NCBI GenBank assembly: GCA_002011035.2
Contig: MTLY02000001.1
Span: 32,001 to 96,000 of the forward strand
Origin: Candidatus Hecatella orcuttiae
Lineage (GTDB): Archaea; Thermoproteota; Bathyarchaeia; Hecatellales; Hecatellaceae
Direction of reading: 5' to 3'
DNA length: 64,000 bases
This document shows positions 49,222-58,123 of the stretch, piece after piece. The position numbers and the translations under genes were made by a program. The notes below the pieces were generated by a model. The model had not been told where the DNA came from, made no database searches, and saw only the letters and a program-made list of their open reading frames with translations. Position 1 is the first letter of the stretch. Every line of letters starts with the position of its first letter.

Positions 49222-50079
49222 ATGGTGAAGCTGGCGGTTAAAAAATTTGGCGAAGTGCGCGAGGGAGAATTGAAATTCGCATTGGAGGTGCTTGATGAAT
49301 GTTACAGGCGCCTGAAGCCTCATGCCCTCAGCCTCGTAGACCTTTACGTTTTCGAAAAGTCCTCGGCCATGACCGCTTTCCTAGCTTGGGAAAGAGAACA
49401 GTTGAGAATAAAAACTTCCGATGTGAGCGAGCAGTTTTTCGCCGTCCATGATGCTTGGAGGGGGATACCGAGAATCGCCTTCAGCCTAGAAAAAATGCGG
49501 GTTATTCCGCAGCCTGTGGTTGTAGGCGGATTGAGACATGAAGCCGCTCACACTGTTCTTCACGGCTCCCCTGAGTATTACATCATACCCATCCCTGAAC
49601 CTTTAAGGAAGATGGAAGTAAAATACGGACTCCATCCGCAGATGACCGAGGAGCTACTTTACCTTATCTCCATGGCTGTCAAAGACTGCGAGGTCACAGA
49701 ACTCCTCTACAGCCGAGGCTATCTGGAAGACCAAGTAGCCTACAACAAGTTTTTTCTTTCCACCACCGGCGAAGATGAGCAAACATGGGAGCTTGCCAGA
49801 GCGGAACCCTCGACCGCAATCCTTTTCCTCACCTCCCTCCTTAAAACCGCTTGTTGCACTGCCCCCCTCCTAGGAAACAAGCGGCATGGGAAAGAACTTC
49901 AGCATGCTCTGCGCGAAAGCCTAGCTTTCCTACCCTTAGAATTTAGCTCCAAAATCCCTACTCTCGCCGCCCGCGCGGCTGAGGGAAGAGAGGGGGACAC
50001 TCACCGGAAGATACTGCTGTTCACTCAAGATGTCGTCAGTGAACTGATACGGCCTCTGTTCCACACCCAAGGCCATTAA
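49222..50079 (+). CDS. Hypothetical protein with HExxH zinc-metallopeptidase motif
   Basis: LRHEAAHTVLH followed by a downstream KD motif. Confidence 0.6.
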   Translation: MVKLAVKKFGEVREGELKFALEVLDECYRRLKPHALSLVDLYVFEKSSAMTAFLAWEREQLRIKTSDVSEQFFAVHDAWRGIPRIAFSLEKMRVIPQPVVVGGLRHEAAHTVLHGSPEYYIIPIPEPLRKMEVKYGLHPQMTEELLYLISMAVKDCEVTELLYSRGYLEDQVAYNKFFLSTTGEDEQTWELARAEPSTAILFLTSLLKTACCTAPLLGNKRHGKELQHALRESLAFLPLEFSSKIPTLAARAAEGREGDTHRKILLFTQDVVSELIRPLFHTQGH

Positions 50080-50092
50080 ACCGGGGTGAGGC

Positions 50093-51076
50093 TCATCTTC
50101 TTTTAAGACCCTTCCATCCTCTCTGAACATCCTTCAACATGGCAGTGTAGTGGAAGATGACTTGCATCTCGGTTTCCAGCTGAGACTTATACCCATAGGG
50201 GCCGATGAAACCCAGCTTCTGCCCAGCCACAGCGTTCCCGAACATGGCTGCCACAACGGGGTTACCGTACTTCATCAACCCGTAGATATAGCCGGCGGCG
50301 AAGGAGTCCCCTGCCCCCGTAGTGTCCACCACCCTCTCTACAGGAACCGGGGGAATATGAGCGTGGTAGACGGCCTCTGTTTCGCTATAAACGACCAAAG
50401 CCCCTTGGCTTCCCAACGTTATGACCACCTGTTTGATTCCCTTTTCAATCCACCGCTCCGCCGCCTCCACCATTTCCTCTTCTCCGGCTAAGTTGACTCC
50501 CGCGGAATACGCAGCCTCTGTCTCGTTCATTTTGAGGATGTCGATGTGAGGAAGCCATTCTTCAATATCCGACCAAGCTTGGAGGACCCGGTTGTTTTCC
50601 GGGTCGATGGAGTTTGTGGGACCGTGGGCGTCGAAAAGAATCAGGCCTGAAGACGCCTTCCTCAGTCTCTCCACAGTGTCTAAGGGAACCTCAAAATCGG
50701 TGACTGGAACGAAGATGAAGGCGTCGGATTCGATGAAAGGTTGAAGGTCTTCAAAGGATATAGGCTTCATCCTGTTAGTCTGCTTCTCTAACCTTTCGCT
50801 TTCTGAAATGTACTTCAGAAAGATTCTGTTCGTTCCTTCAGGCGTAGCCCTGAGCCCTGTTAGGTCAATGTGGCGGTGCAACCCCAGCAAGCGTCGGAGC
50901 AGAGGCATATCCTCTTCGCCTACGTTGGCGACAGGGTGGATGGTGGAAGGAGGCTGGAGCAGGGAGGCTAAAGCTAGGGTAGGGTAAAGAACGCAGCCAT
51001 ACTGTTCTTTCACAACCCCTAGATGGGTTTCAATATGGTCGTAGGGTATGGGTCCCGCTACAACTACCTTAACTAC
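50093..51076 (-). CDS. PfkB/ribokinase-family carbohydrate kinase
   Basis: ILKMNETE, VITLGSQG and DTTGAGDSFAAG. The N-terminal strand KVVVAGPIPYDHI lies upstream of the tracked GTG 51013; exact start uncertain. Confidence 0.85.
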   Translation of the reverse strand, partial: VVKVVVAGPIPYDHIETHLGVVKEQYGCVLYPTLALASLLQPPSTIHPVANVGEEDMPLLRRLLGLHRHIDLTGLRATPEGTNRIFLKYISESERLEKQTNRMKPISFEDLQPFIESDAFIFVPVTDFEVPLDTVERLRKASSGLILFDAHGPTNSIDPENNRVLQAWSDIEEWLPHIDILKMNETEAAYSAGVNLAGEEEMVEAAERWIEKGIKQVVITLGSQGALVVYSETEAVYHAHIPPVPVERVVDTTGAGDSFAAGYIYGLMKYGNPVVAAMFGNAVAGQKLGFIGPYGYKSQLETEMQVIFHYTAMLKDVQRGWKGLKRR

Positions 51077-51167
51077 CTTTAAGGCCTCCTCAAGGACGTT
51101 AGGTGGCTTTAATAACCAATATTTCTTTTCTTGGATATTAAAGGTAACGCGTTTCGGTGGAGAAACA

Positions 51168-52352
51168 TTGTCCCTTGTAGGTTTCGCCTCAAACAGGGGA
51201 TTCGGCCACTGGAGAAGGTTGAGAAACTACCTCACCCTACCTCCCCTTAAGGATAGAGCGGTGCTGATAGCGCCCATGACGCTGGCCAACCTTTCTTGGG
51301 AGGTAGTGAACTCCGTGGGCTACGTGGACGGAGGAGCAAGGATGGTGCTGGAAGAAGATGGAAGCCTTCAGACCACGGTGAAATACGACTCTCACCTGCC
51401 CTATAAGCCGAGTGTGGAAGGCTATTACCTCATCCCTTGGGCGCATGCCTACTTGCACAGGGCTCGGATGCTGGTGGTGGACGCTCACAACGAACCTGAG
51501 ATTGTCTACTGCGATGAGCTTTTCCCTCAGTCCGCCGACATCGTCCGCCTCTGCCGGGAGCAAGGCCTGCGAAAGGTGGTCTTCACCCTAGAAACGCAGG
51601 TCTTTCGGAAATTACCTCTCCGATACCGGAGAGCTTTTGAAAAGGTAGACATCCTCCTCGTCCCCTACGAGAAAGAATTTTTCGCCGAATGTGTCTCCCT
51701 AGAGCCCTTTGAAGAGTTTGAAGATAAAATGTTCTATGCGGGAAGCGTGATCAATCCTTCAATCGTCAAAATACTCCGCACTCCCAAGACGAAGGCGAGG
51801 GAGATGTTGAAACTGCCAGCCGATAAAACCGTCATCTTTTGCACCTACGGAAAAGGGGAAGGCGCCCAGCGGATTGTAGAAGCTCTTGTGCAGATTGGAG
51901 ACGACTTCGCAGCGAAGCATCCCGGCACCCATTTCATAGTGAGCGACCCCACAGGCAGATTCCGGCAGTCAATGCCCTCCCGGCCTTGGCTGGAATTCAT
52001 AGGACTAGACTATCAAAAGGCTATGATGACCATGGCTGCCTGCGATTGCACCATCCAAGGGCTGGGAACAAGCACTCTGCTGGAGGGGTTGGTAGCAGGG
52101 AAGCCCATGGTAGCCATCAGCCTTGAAAGACCCTACGAAGAACAGGAAGCGAAAGGCAGAGGCGTGGAAAAATTCGGACTAGGAGAGTATCTCCCCATCA
52201 GCCAAGTATCACCCCGCAGCATCTCCAACGCCCTCCAAAGAGTTTTAGAGGAGGGCTACGGAAAAAAATTGAGACAAGCACTCCCAAGAACCCTCGGCAA
52301 CTTGAAGGGTGCAGAAAAAATAGCTGACCTTTTAGCCTCAATCTTGTCGTAG
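51168..52352 (+). CDS. GT-B glycosyltransferase (GT28/GT1-like)
   Basis: From TTG 51168: MSLVGFASNRGFGH...; C-terminal GTSTLLE..AGKP...EQ and GAEKIADL. Confidence 0.75.
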   Translation: MSLVGFASNRGFGHWRRLRNYLTLPPLKDRAVLIAPMTLANLSWEVVNSVGYVDGGARMVLEEDGSLQTTVKYDSHLPYKPSVEGYYLIPWAHAYLHRARMLVVDAHNEPEIVYCDELFPQSADIVRLCREQGLRKVVFTLETQVFRKLPLRYRRAFEKVDILLVPYEKEFFAECVSLEPFEEFEDKMFYAGSVINPSIVKILRTPKTKAREMLKLPADKTVIFCTYGKGEGAQRIVEALVQIGDDFAAKHPGTHFIVSDPTGRFRQSMPSRPWLEFIGLDYQKAMMTMAACDCTIQGLGTSTLLEGLVAGKPMVAISLERPYEEQEAKGRGVEKFGLGEYLPISQVSPRSISNALQRVLEEGYGKKLRQALPRTLGNLKGAEKIADLLASILS

Positions 52353-52424
52353 CTGAAGCTTTTTGAAATGGAACTTGGAAAGGGCTTCAATGGTAATATG
52401 ACCCGAACCTGATTATATATAATA

Positions 52425-52916
52425 TTGGTGGCAGAGATGCCAAGGATGAAAATCTCCTACCTCACCAAGGGATATGAAGGGGAAAAGAAATCTCTCGAAA
52501 TCTCAGCTGAACCGTACGAATTTATATTGACAACCCGAGGATGCTGGGAAAACGTCATCGCCGATGAGGATGTCTTCGTTCAGAAGGGGGAAATCAAGTC
52601 CATTAGAATTAAGCCCCTCCAGTTGAAACCTGAGGAAATCGTGATCTCATGCCCCATCATGCGAAACGCCCTAGGCTGCATCCTCTCCGTGGGAGGCGAA
52701 GGCCCGCCCAGAAGGGTGGAGAAACCGCGTAGGTTCACCTTCGCCCTCTTCGCCGCTTACAGGGAAGGAGAAATTCAGAAAAACGAACTGCTGGGAGTAG
52801 TCAACATTCTCTCCACCGCCGTCAGCATCAGCGCCCTAGCTAGAACGCTTCTGAACATAAGATACTTCGTCACACACTTTACGAAGCCGCCGCAAAAGCC
52901 GCGCGGCTCAACGTAA
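52425..52916 (+). CDS. DUF22-like archaeal protein
   Basis: VIADEDV....GE...I.I.P...RNALG...VE..R...GEI...ELLGV.N pattern. Confidence 0.65.
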   Translation: MVAEMPRMKISYLTKGYEGEKKSLEISAEPYEFILTTRGCWENVIADEDVFVQKGEIKSIRIKPLQLKPEEIVISCPIMRNALGCILSVGGEGPPRRVEKPRRFTFALFAAYREGEIQKNELLGVVNILSTAVSISALARTLLNIRYFVTHFTKPPQKPRGST

Positions 52917-53090
52917 CAGAAAAGAAACAGCCAAAACCTATCCACCGCCATCGGGCATGATGAAGATTTAATCAAAAGCCCCCATGAAGCAAAAGAATTC
53001 AGAAGCATCAGTGTAGCGACTTATGTTGGAGTTGGATGGAAAGTTTACTAAAATTGCGTATTAACATAATTTTCAAAACTGATAAACTTA

Positions 53091-53254
53091 TGGCGGGCCC
53101 GGAGGGATTTGAACCCTCGACCACTCCCCGAGGCGTCCGAGAAACAGGCCTCTACGGGTTTCACCCAGCGGCTAAGAGCTGCAGCCTGCCTAGGCAGTCC
53201 GCCGCTCCACCTTTTCAGGGCATTTCCTAGGAAGCCTGACTGAGCCACGGGCCC
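53091..53254 (-). tRNA. tRNA-Lys(CTT) with four introns (53213-53237, 53180-53198, 53160-53172, 53124-53153)
   Basis: Removing four BHB-bounded inserts (25, 19, 13 and 30 nt) from the 164-nt gene yields a canonical 77-nt cloverleaf ending GCCA. Confidence 0.85.
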
Positions 53255-53359
53255 TTCTAAAGTTAGAATGGCAACCCGTAAACTTTTAAGGTTTTTTCCC
53301 CAAGCTGCTGAAAACATTGCATACTCAAACAGCAGTTTGGCGGTCCTAGAACAGCCGTG

Positions 53360-53626
53360 TTATCCTCCGCCGGCAAAAGGCCTTATGGTTATCTGCTTCT
53401 CCTCGTTTCCTTTTAACTCTTCTTTAGGATTAACTATTCGATCGTTTACGACGACAAAATACGGAAATACTCCTTCAGACGAAGAGTCTGGAAGGTTTAA
53501 GACTAAGCCTTTTTCCTTCGTGGCTTTCAGTATAGCCTCGATTATCTTCGTTCCCTCCGGCACTTCAAGGGTTACGTATTGCTGGCTTCGTGCACTCAAT
53601 CCGTAGGCTTTGATCGCAACTTTCAT
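53360..53626 (-). CDS. MoaD/ThiS/SAMP ubiquitin-like sulfur carrier
   Basis: Beta-grasp size, VVVND and C-terminal PFAGGG. Confidence 0.8.
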   Translation of the reverse strand: MKVAIKAYGLSARSQQYVTLEVPEGTKIIEAILKATKEKGLVLNLPDSSSEGVFPYFVVVNDRIVNPKEELKGNEEKQITIRPFAGGG

Positions 53627-53827
53627 AAACAGGGACTACCCCCTTTGTTTTTTTCATGGTGCTTCTCTTAAATTTTATGCTTTGACAATAAACATCACAC
53701 TCATGTCTTTGTCAGAAAAGGCAGAGCCTTTACCTTTCTACTGCTCTCTCAACTTCCTTTTACGTTAAGCCGTCTGAAAAATTTAAATAATGAAAAAATG
53801 GAAACAAATAATAGGTTGGTGATACTA

Positions 53828-54328
53828 TTGGCGACCATTACAAAGAAAACCGTGAAATTAACGGTAAACGGCGTAGAATGCGAAGTAGAAGTTGACGTCA
53901 ACGAGGTGTTAGCAAAAGTTCTGCGAGAAAAACTGGGATTAACCGGTACAAAAATTGGCTGCGAAAGCGGAGAATGCGGAGCCTGCACAGTTCTAATAGA
54001 TGGACAACCCAAGCTTTCATGCCTGATTCTCGCCATCGAATGCGAAGGGAAAAAAATATTGACCGTAGAAGGTCTTTCAGACCCTGAAACTGGAAAGCTG
54101 CATCCCATCCAAGAAGCCTTCATAGAAAATTTTGGGTTTCAATGCGGCTTCTGTACACCGGGATTTCTTATGGTGACTAAAGCTCTGCTGGATAAAAAAA
54201 CTGGAGAAAAACTCACGGATGAGGAAATACGACTTGCCATTGCAGGAAATATCTGCAGGTGCGGTGATTACTACCATATTATCGAGTCGATCAAAGCGGC
54301 TGCAGAAAAAATGAAAAGATTTTCTTGA
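53828..54328 (+). CDS. Xanthine-dehydrogenase-family [2Fe-2S] subunit (CoxS/CutS-like)
   Basis: GCESGECGACT, QCGFCTPG and NICRC; start placed at TTG 53828 after GGTGA. Confidence 0.92.
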   Translation: MATITKKTVKLTVNGVECEVEVDVNEVLAKVLREKLGLTGTKIGCESGECGACTVLIDGQPKLSCLILAIECEGKKILTVEGLSDPETGKLHPIQEAFIENFGFQCGFCTPGFLMVTKALLDKKTGEKLTDEEIRLAIAGNICRCGDYYHIIESIKAAAEKMKRFS

Positions 54329-54342
54329 GGAGGTGGCGGTAA

Positions 54343-56700
54343 TTGATTGAATGGAAAGTTTATCCGGCGAAAGGCGCGCAGGAATTTAAATGGATTGGAA
54401 AATCTATCCCTCGAAAAGAATCTTATGAGAAAGTTACAGGGGCTGCTAAATTTGTCGCTGACATGAAAGCTGACCTTTGCGCGAAAATCTTGAGGAGCCC
54501 CCATCCCCATGCGATAATAAAAAACATAGATACCAGTGAAGCTGAAAAGCTTCCCGGTGTAGCCGCCATAATCACCCACAAAGATGTACCAAAAAGGCTA
54601 CTCCCTCGAAGCAGCGCTAGAGCTTGCTACATTTTGGAGGATCATGTGCGTTACGTAGGCGATGAAGTGGCGGCGGTAGCGGCTGTAAGCGAGGAAGTGG
54701 CGGATGAAGCATTAGACCTGATAAAAGTTGAATACGAGGTCTTGCCCGCCGTGTTCGACCCGGAAGAAGCAGCTCGGGAAGACGCGCCGAAGTTGTATCC
54801 TGAAGGCAACGTCTACGGCCCTCTAGGCGGGACTATCGTGGAGAAGGGTATACGTGAACCTACAGTGCTTGAATGGGGAGACCTTGACAAAGGCTTTAAG
54901 GAAGCTGACGTAATAGTGGAAGATAAATTTGTGGTAAAACCGCAGATACACGCACCTTTAGAGCCTCATGTTTGTTTGGCTCAATGGGAAGGAGACCGGC
55001 TGACGCTCTGGGTCGCTACGCAGACGAAACATGAGATCATTGATAGCCTCTCCTACGTGTTCGAGATGCCGTCAAGCAAGATCAGAGTCATATCGAGGTA
55101 TGTAGGAGGAGGGTTTGGGTCAAAATACATCGAAAGATACATTCCCATTGCAGCCTTGCTGTCCAAAAAAGCAAAAGGTAAATCGGTAAAGCTGGTGTAC
55201 ACAAGGGAAGAGGAACAATGTCATACAAAGCGAGCAGGCCAGAAAATATACGTTAAGATCGGCGCCAAAAAGGACGGAACTTTCACTGCCATTCACTTCA
55301 AAACCTACTGCGATATCGGAGGCTACGGAAATTCTGTCAGTGGAAGTTGCCAATTTTGGGAAGAAGCGCCAGCTATTTCTTATAAAGCGGAAAATGCTCG
55401 ATTTGAAGCTTGGGATGTGCATGTGAACTATTTCAGCACCCAGCCGTTCCGTTCGGTGCAGGTGCCAAGTACAAATTTCGCTTTAGAGCAAGTCATCGAT
55501 CAGGTTGCTGAAAAACTTGGAAAAGACCCCGCGGAGATCAGGCTGAAAAACATGCCTGAAACGGGGGACGTTGTGCCTCCTAAACCCTACAAGAATCCCT
55601 TCTACCCCAGAGCCGCCTTGGATACCTATCCCTCCAAAAAAATGCTACAAGAAGTCTTGAAAGAGATAGGATGGAAAGAGAAGTGGAAAGGTTGGGGGAA
55701 ACCTGTAGCCGTAGAAGGATCGAAAAGGAGAGGAATAGGCCTAGCCTACTCGGCTGCTTGGGGAGGGTTTAACTACGATGGATTAATGACCATGACCGTC
55801 ACCATGTATCCGGACGGTTCGCTTACGATCCTTTCAGGCACCCAGGATCTAGGCACAGGTTCCAATACAACTTTGTGCATGATAGCCGCGGAACATCTTG
55901 GAATATCCTTGGAGGAGGTCAGCATAATCGCCGACGATACGGCTGTAGGGCAGTTTGACTACTATGAAGCCAGGTCAAGCCGGACGTTGACTATCGGGGG
56001 ACACATGCTCCTACTCGCCATCGAAGACGCGAAACGGAAGATTTGCGAGACAGTAGCCCCGAAACTTGAGGTGCCTCCGGAAAACTTAGAAGTCAAAGAG
56101 AAAAAAGTCTACGTTAAAAATGATCCTAAAAGAATGATTCCTCTCACAGAAGCCATCACTTCAACAGTGGTTGGCACTGCATCAGGTCCTCCGGGAAGCG
56201 AATTCCCTGAAATCGAGCCCGGGTTCAAATGGCGTAACCCTCTAGTTTCAGCGGCGGAAGTTGAAGTTGACGTTGAAACAGGAGAAGTTAAAATAGTAAA
56301 ACTGGTTCCCAGCTACTGCCCAGGGAGAATGGTAAATCCCAAGATTGTGATAGGGCAATATTTGGGAGGAGCATTATGTCAAGGGGTAGGTATGGCTCTC
56401 TACGAGAATTTCAACTTCGACGAAAAGAACAACGTCTATGTCAGCAGAAACTTCTTAGACTATAAAATCCCGCGAGCGACAGAAATGTACGAAGTAAAAC
56501 CTGTCATAATAGAGGAAGTCAAAGACCGGCCTCCACACGTAGGACCCCCCTACGGGGTGAGAGGTGTCGGAGAATGGGGAATAGGCGTCATTGTCCCTGT
56601 TATTGCCAATGCCATTTACAATGCTCTAGGCGTTAGGGTTAAACGCTGCCCGATGACAAGCGAGGTCGTTTTAGAGGCGCTGAGAGGGGGGAAAGAGTAG
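54343..56700 (+). CDS. Xanthine-dehydrogenase-family molybdopterin subunit
   Basis: LRSPHPHA, HAPLEP, GGGFGSK, DYKIP and GVGE (catalytic Glu). Confidence 0.9.
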   Translation: MIEWKVYPAKGAQEFKWIGKSIPRKESYEKVTGAAKFVADMKADLCAKILRSPHPHAIIKNIDTSEAEKLPGVAAIITHKDVPKRLLPRSSARACYILEDHVRYVGDEVAAVAAVSEEVADEALDLIKVEYEVLPAVFDPEEAAREDAPKLYPEGNVYGPLGGTIVEKGIREPTVLEWGDLDKGFKEADVIVEDKFVVKPQIHAPLEPHVCLAQWEGDRLTLWVATQTKHEIIDSLSYVFEMPSSKIRVISRYVGGGFGSKYIERYIPIAALLSKKAKGKSVKLVYTREEEQCHTKRAGQKIYVKIGAKKDGTFTAIHFKTYCDIGGYGNSVSGSCQFWEEAPAISYKAENARFEAWDVHVNYFSTQPFRSVQVPSTNFALEQVIDQVAEKLGKDPAEIRLKNMPETGDVVPPKPYKNPFYPRAALDTYPSKKMLQEVLKEIGWKEKWKGWGKPVAVEGSKRRGIGLAYSAAWGGFNYDGLMTMTVTMYPDGSLTILSGTQDLGTGSNTTLCMIAAEHLGISLEEVSIIADDTAVGQFDYYEARSSRTLTIGGHMLLLAIEDAKRKICETVAPKLEVPPENLEVKEKKVYVKNDPKRMIPLTEAITSTVVGTASGPPGSEFPEIEPGFKWRNPLVSAAEVEVDVETGEVKIVKLVPSYCPGRMVNPKIVIGQYLGGALCQGVGMALYENFNFDEKNNVYVSRNFLDYKIPRATEMYEVKPVIIEEVKDRPPHVGPPYGVRGVGEWGIGVIVPVIANAIYNALGVRVKRCPMTSEVVLEALRGGKE

Positions 56701-57585
56701 ATGCCATTTATAATGAAAAGGCCCTTGAAGAAATTCGAATACGTGGCTCCTTCGAAGCTTGAGGACGCATTAGCTATCCTTGGAAAACTCGGCGAGAAAG
56801 CCGCGATATTGGCAGGAGGAACAGACCTTCTGGTATTCATGAAAGACAGGGCGATTATGCCCCAATGCATTATAAACATCAAAAACATAGCCGGGATGGA
56901 TTATATAAAGGAGACAGAAGAAGGGGGATTGGCGATAGGCGCCCTCACCCCCATCATCAAAATAAACGAGTCCAAGCTGATCAAGCAGAAATATCCCTCG
57001 CTTCACGAATGTACCACAAAAGCATTTCACAGTTGGCAGATCAGAAACATGGCTACAATAGGGGGAAACATTTGTCGAAGCTCCCCTGCTGCGGATGCTG
57101 TACCTCCCTTAATGACCTATGATGCGGAAGTGAAACTGGTCGGGCAAAAAAGTGAGCGGAGAGTATTGTTAGAAAAATTCTTCCTCGGCCCTAACAAAAA
57201 CGTGCTAGATCGGGAAATTTTGACAGAGATAATAATACCCCCGCAGAAAGGAAACTGCGGAATGGCTTTCGAAAGCATGAAACGAGTCTCCGTGGACTTG
57301 TGCAAATTGAACTGCGCTGTGAAAATTGTGCTTGAGGGCAATACATGCAAAGACATCAGAATAGCCCTCGGCGCCGTAGCTCCCACACCCATCAGAGCAA
57401 AAAAAGTTGAAGAAACCGTGAGAGATAAAGAAGTTACCGACGAGCTCATCGAGAAAGCTTCTCAAAAAGTCGTCGAAGACATCTCCCCAATAACCGATGC
57501 TAGGTCAACCGCTGAATACCGGAAACAGGTTAGCGTGGTAATGGTCAGAAGATTGATAAAGCAAGCAGTTCAACGTGCAAAATAA
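56701..57585 (+). CDS. Xanthine-dehydrogenase-family FAD subunit (CoxM/CutM-like)
   Basis: LAGGTDL, IRNMATIGGN and D.RSTAEYR motifs. Confidence 0.92.
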   Translation: MPFIMKRPLKKFEYVAPSKLEDALAILGKLGEKAAILAGGTDLLVFMKDRAIMPQCIINIKNIAGMDYIKETEEGGLAIGALTPIIKINESKLIKQKYPSLHECTTKAFHSWQIRNMATIGGNICRSSPAADAVPPLMTYDAEVKLVGQKSERRVLLEKFFLGPNKNVLDREILTEIIIPPQKGNCGMAFESMKRVSVDLCKLNCAVKIVLEGNTCKDIRIALGAVAPTPIRAKKVEETVRDKEVTDELIEKASQKVVEDISPITDARSTAEYRKQVSVVMVRRLIKQAVQRAK

Positions 57586-57649
57586 TATCTCTAACCCAAA
57601 GTTAGGAAAAATTTAAATCGTGGATCACGCCTATCACTTCCGATGCAAA

Positions 57650-58075
57650 ATGGGTAAAAGAATAGCCATAAATCCAAAAGGTGTTTGGGATCCTTCCCAA
57701 GGTCCAGATGCGAAAGTAAGCAAGTTTCCAGTTGGCTGGTCACAGGTTGCCATAAAGGGAAACTTTATTTTCATATCAGGTCAAGTTGGAGCCAACGAGA
57801 AAGGCGAAATGCCCCTCGACCTTAAAAGCCAGATGGAGTTGACCTACGAGAACATTGACAAATGCTTAAAGGCTGCAGGCGCCACATGGGATGACGTTGT
57901 TTTCATGACCATCTACGGAACGTCTCTTGACGTAGAGTTCTACAACATCTGGCGTGAAGTCCAAGCGAAGTACATTTCCGGGCCGCCATTCCCAGCTTTA
58001 ACAGGTGTAGGTTGCGCTCGCCTCACTTGGCCAAACCAGAAAGTTGAATTGGATGTAATAGCCATTAAGGATTAA
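57650..58075 (+). CDS. Rid (YjgF/YER057c/UK114) family protein
   Basis: FISGQVG, LKAAG...DDVV and VELDVIA; start placed at ATG 57650. Confidence 0.85.
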   Translation: MGKRIAINPKGVWDPSQGPDAKVSKFPVGWSQVAIKGNFIFISGQVGANEKGEMPLDLKSQMELTYENIDKCLKAAGATWDDVVFMTIYGTSLDVEFYNIWREVQAKYISGPPFPALTGVGCARLTWPNQKVELDVIAIKD

Positions 58076-58082
58076 AGCTTCA

Positions 58083-58108
58083 CCTTTTTTTTTTTTAAAA
58101 AAAAAAGG
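58083..58108. terminator. Bidirectional oligo-T terminator between convergent genes
   Basis: CC-T12-A10-GG directly between the rid and PTE stop codons. Confidence 0.65.
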
Positions 58109-58123
58109 GAAAAATTAACTGTT

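Noticed and set aside
52957-53010. Possible C/D-box sRNA (ATGATGA ... CAGA)
   Set aside because: No proper CTGA D or D' boxes and no convincing terminal stem.
53036-53317. ORFs 53036-53230 and 53048-53317
   Set aside because: They overlap the four-intron tRNA-Lys gene; shadow ORFs.
54343-56700. Aerobic CO dehydrogenase (CoxL) or 4-hydroxybenzoyl-CoA reductase
   Set aside because: No AYxCSFR motif; the FAD subunit lacks the [4Fe-4S] insertion of HcrB.
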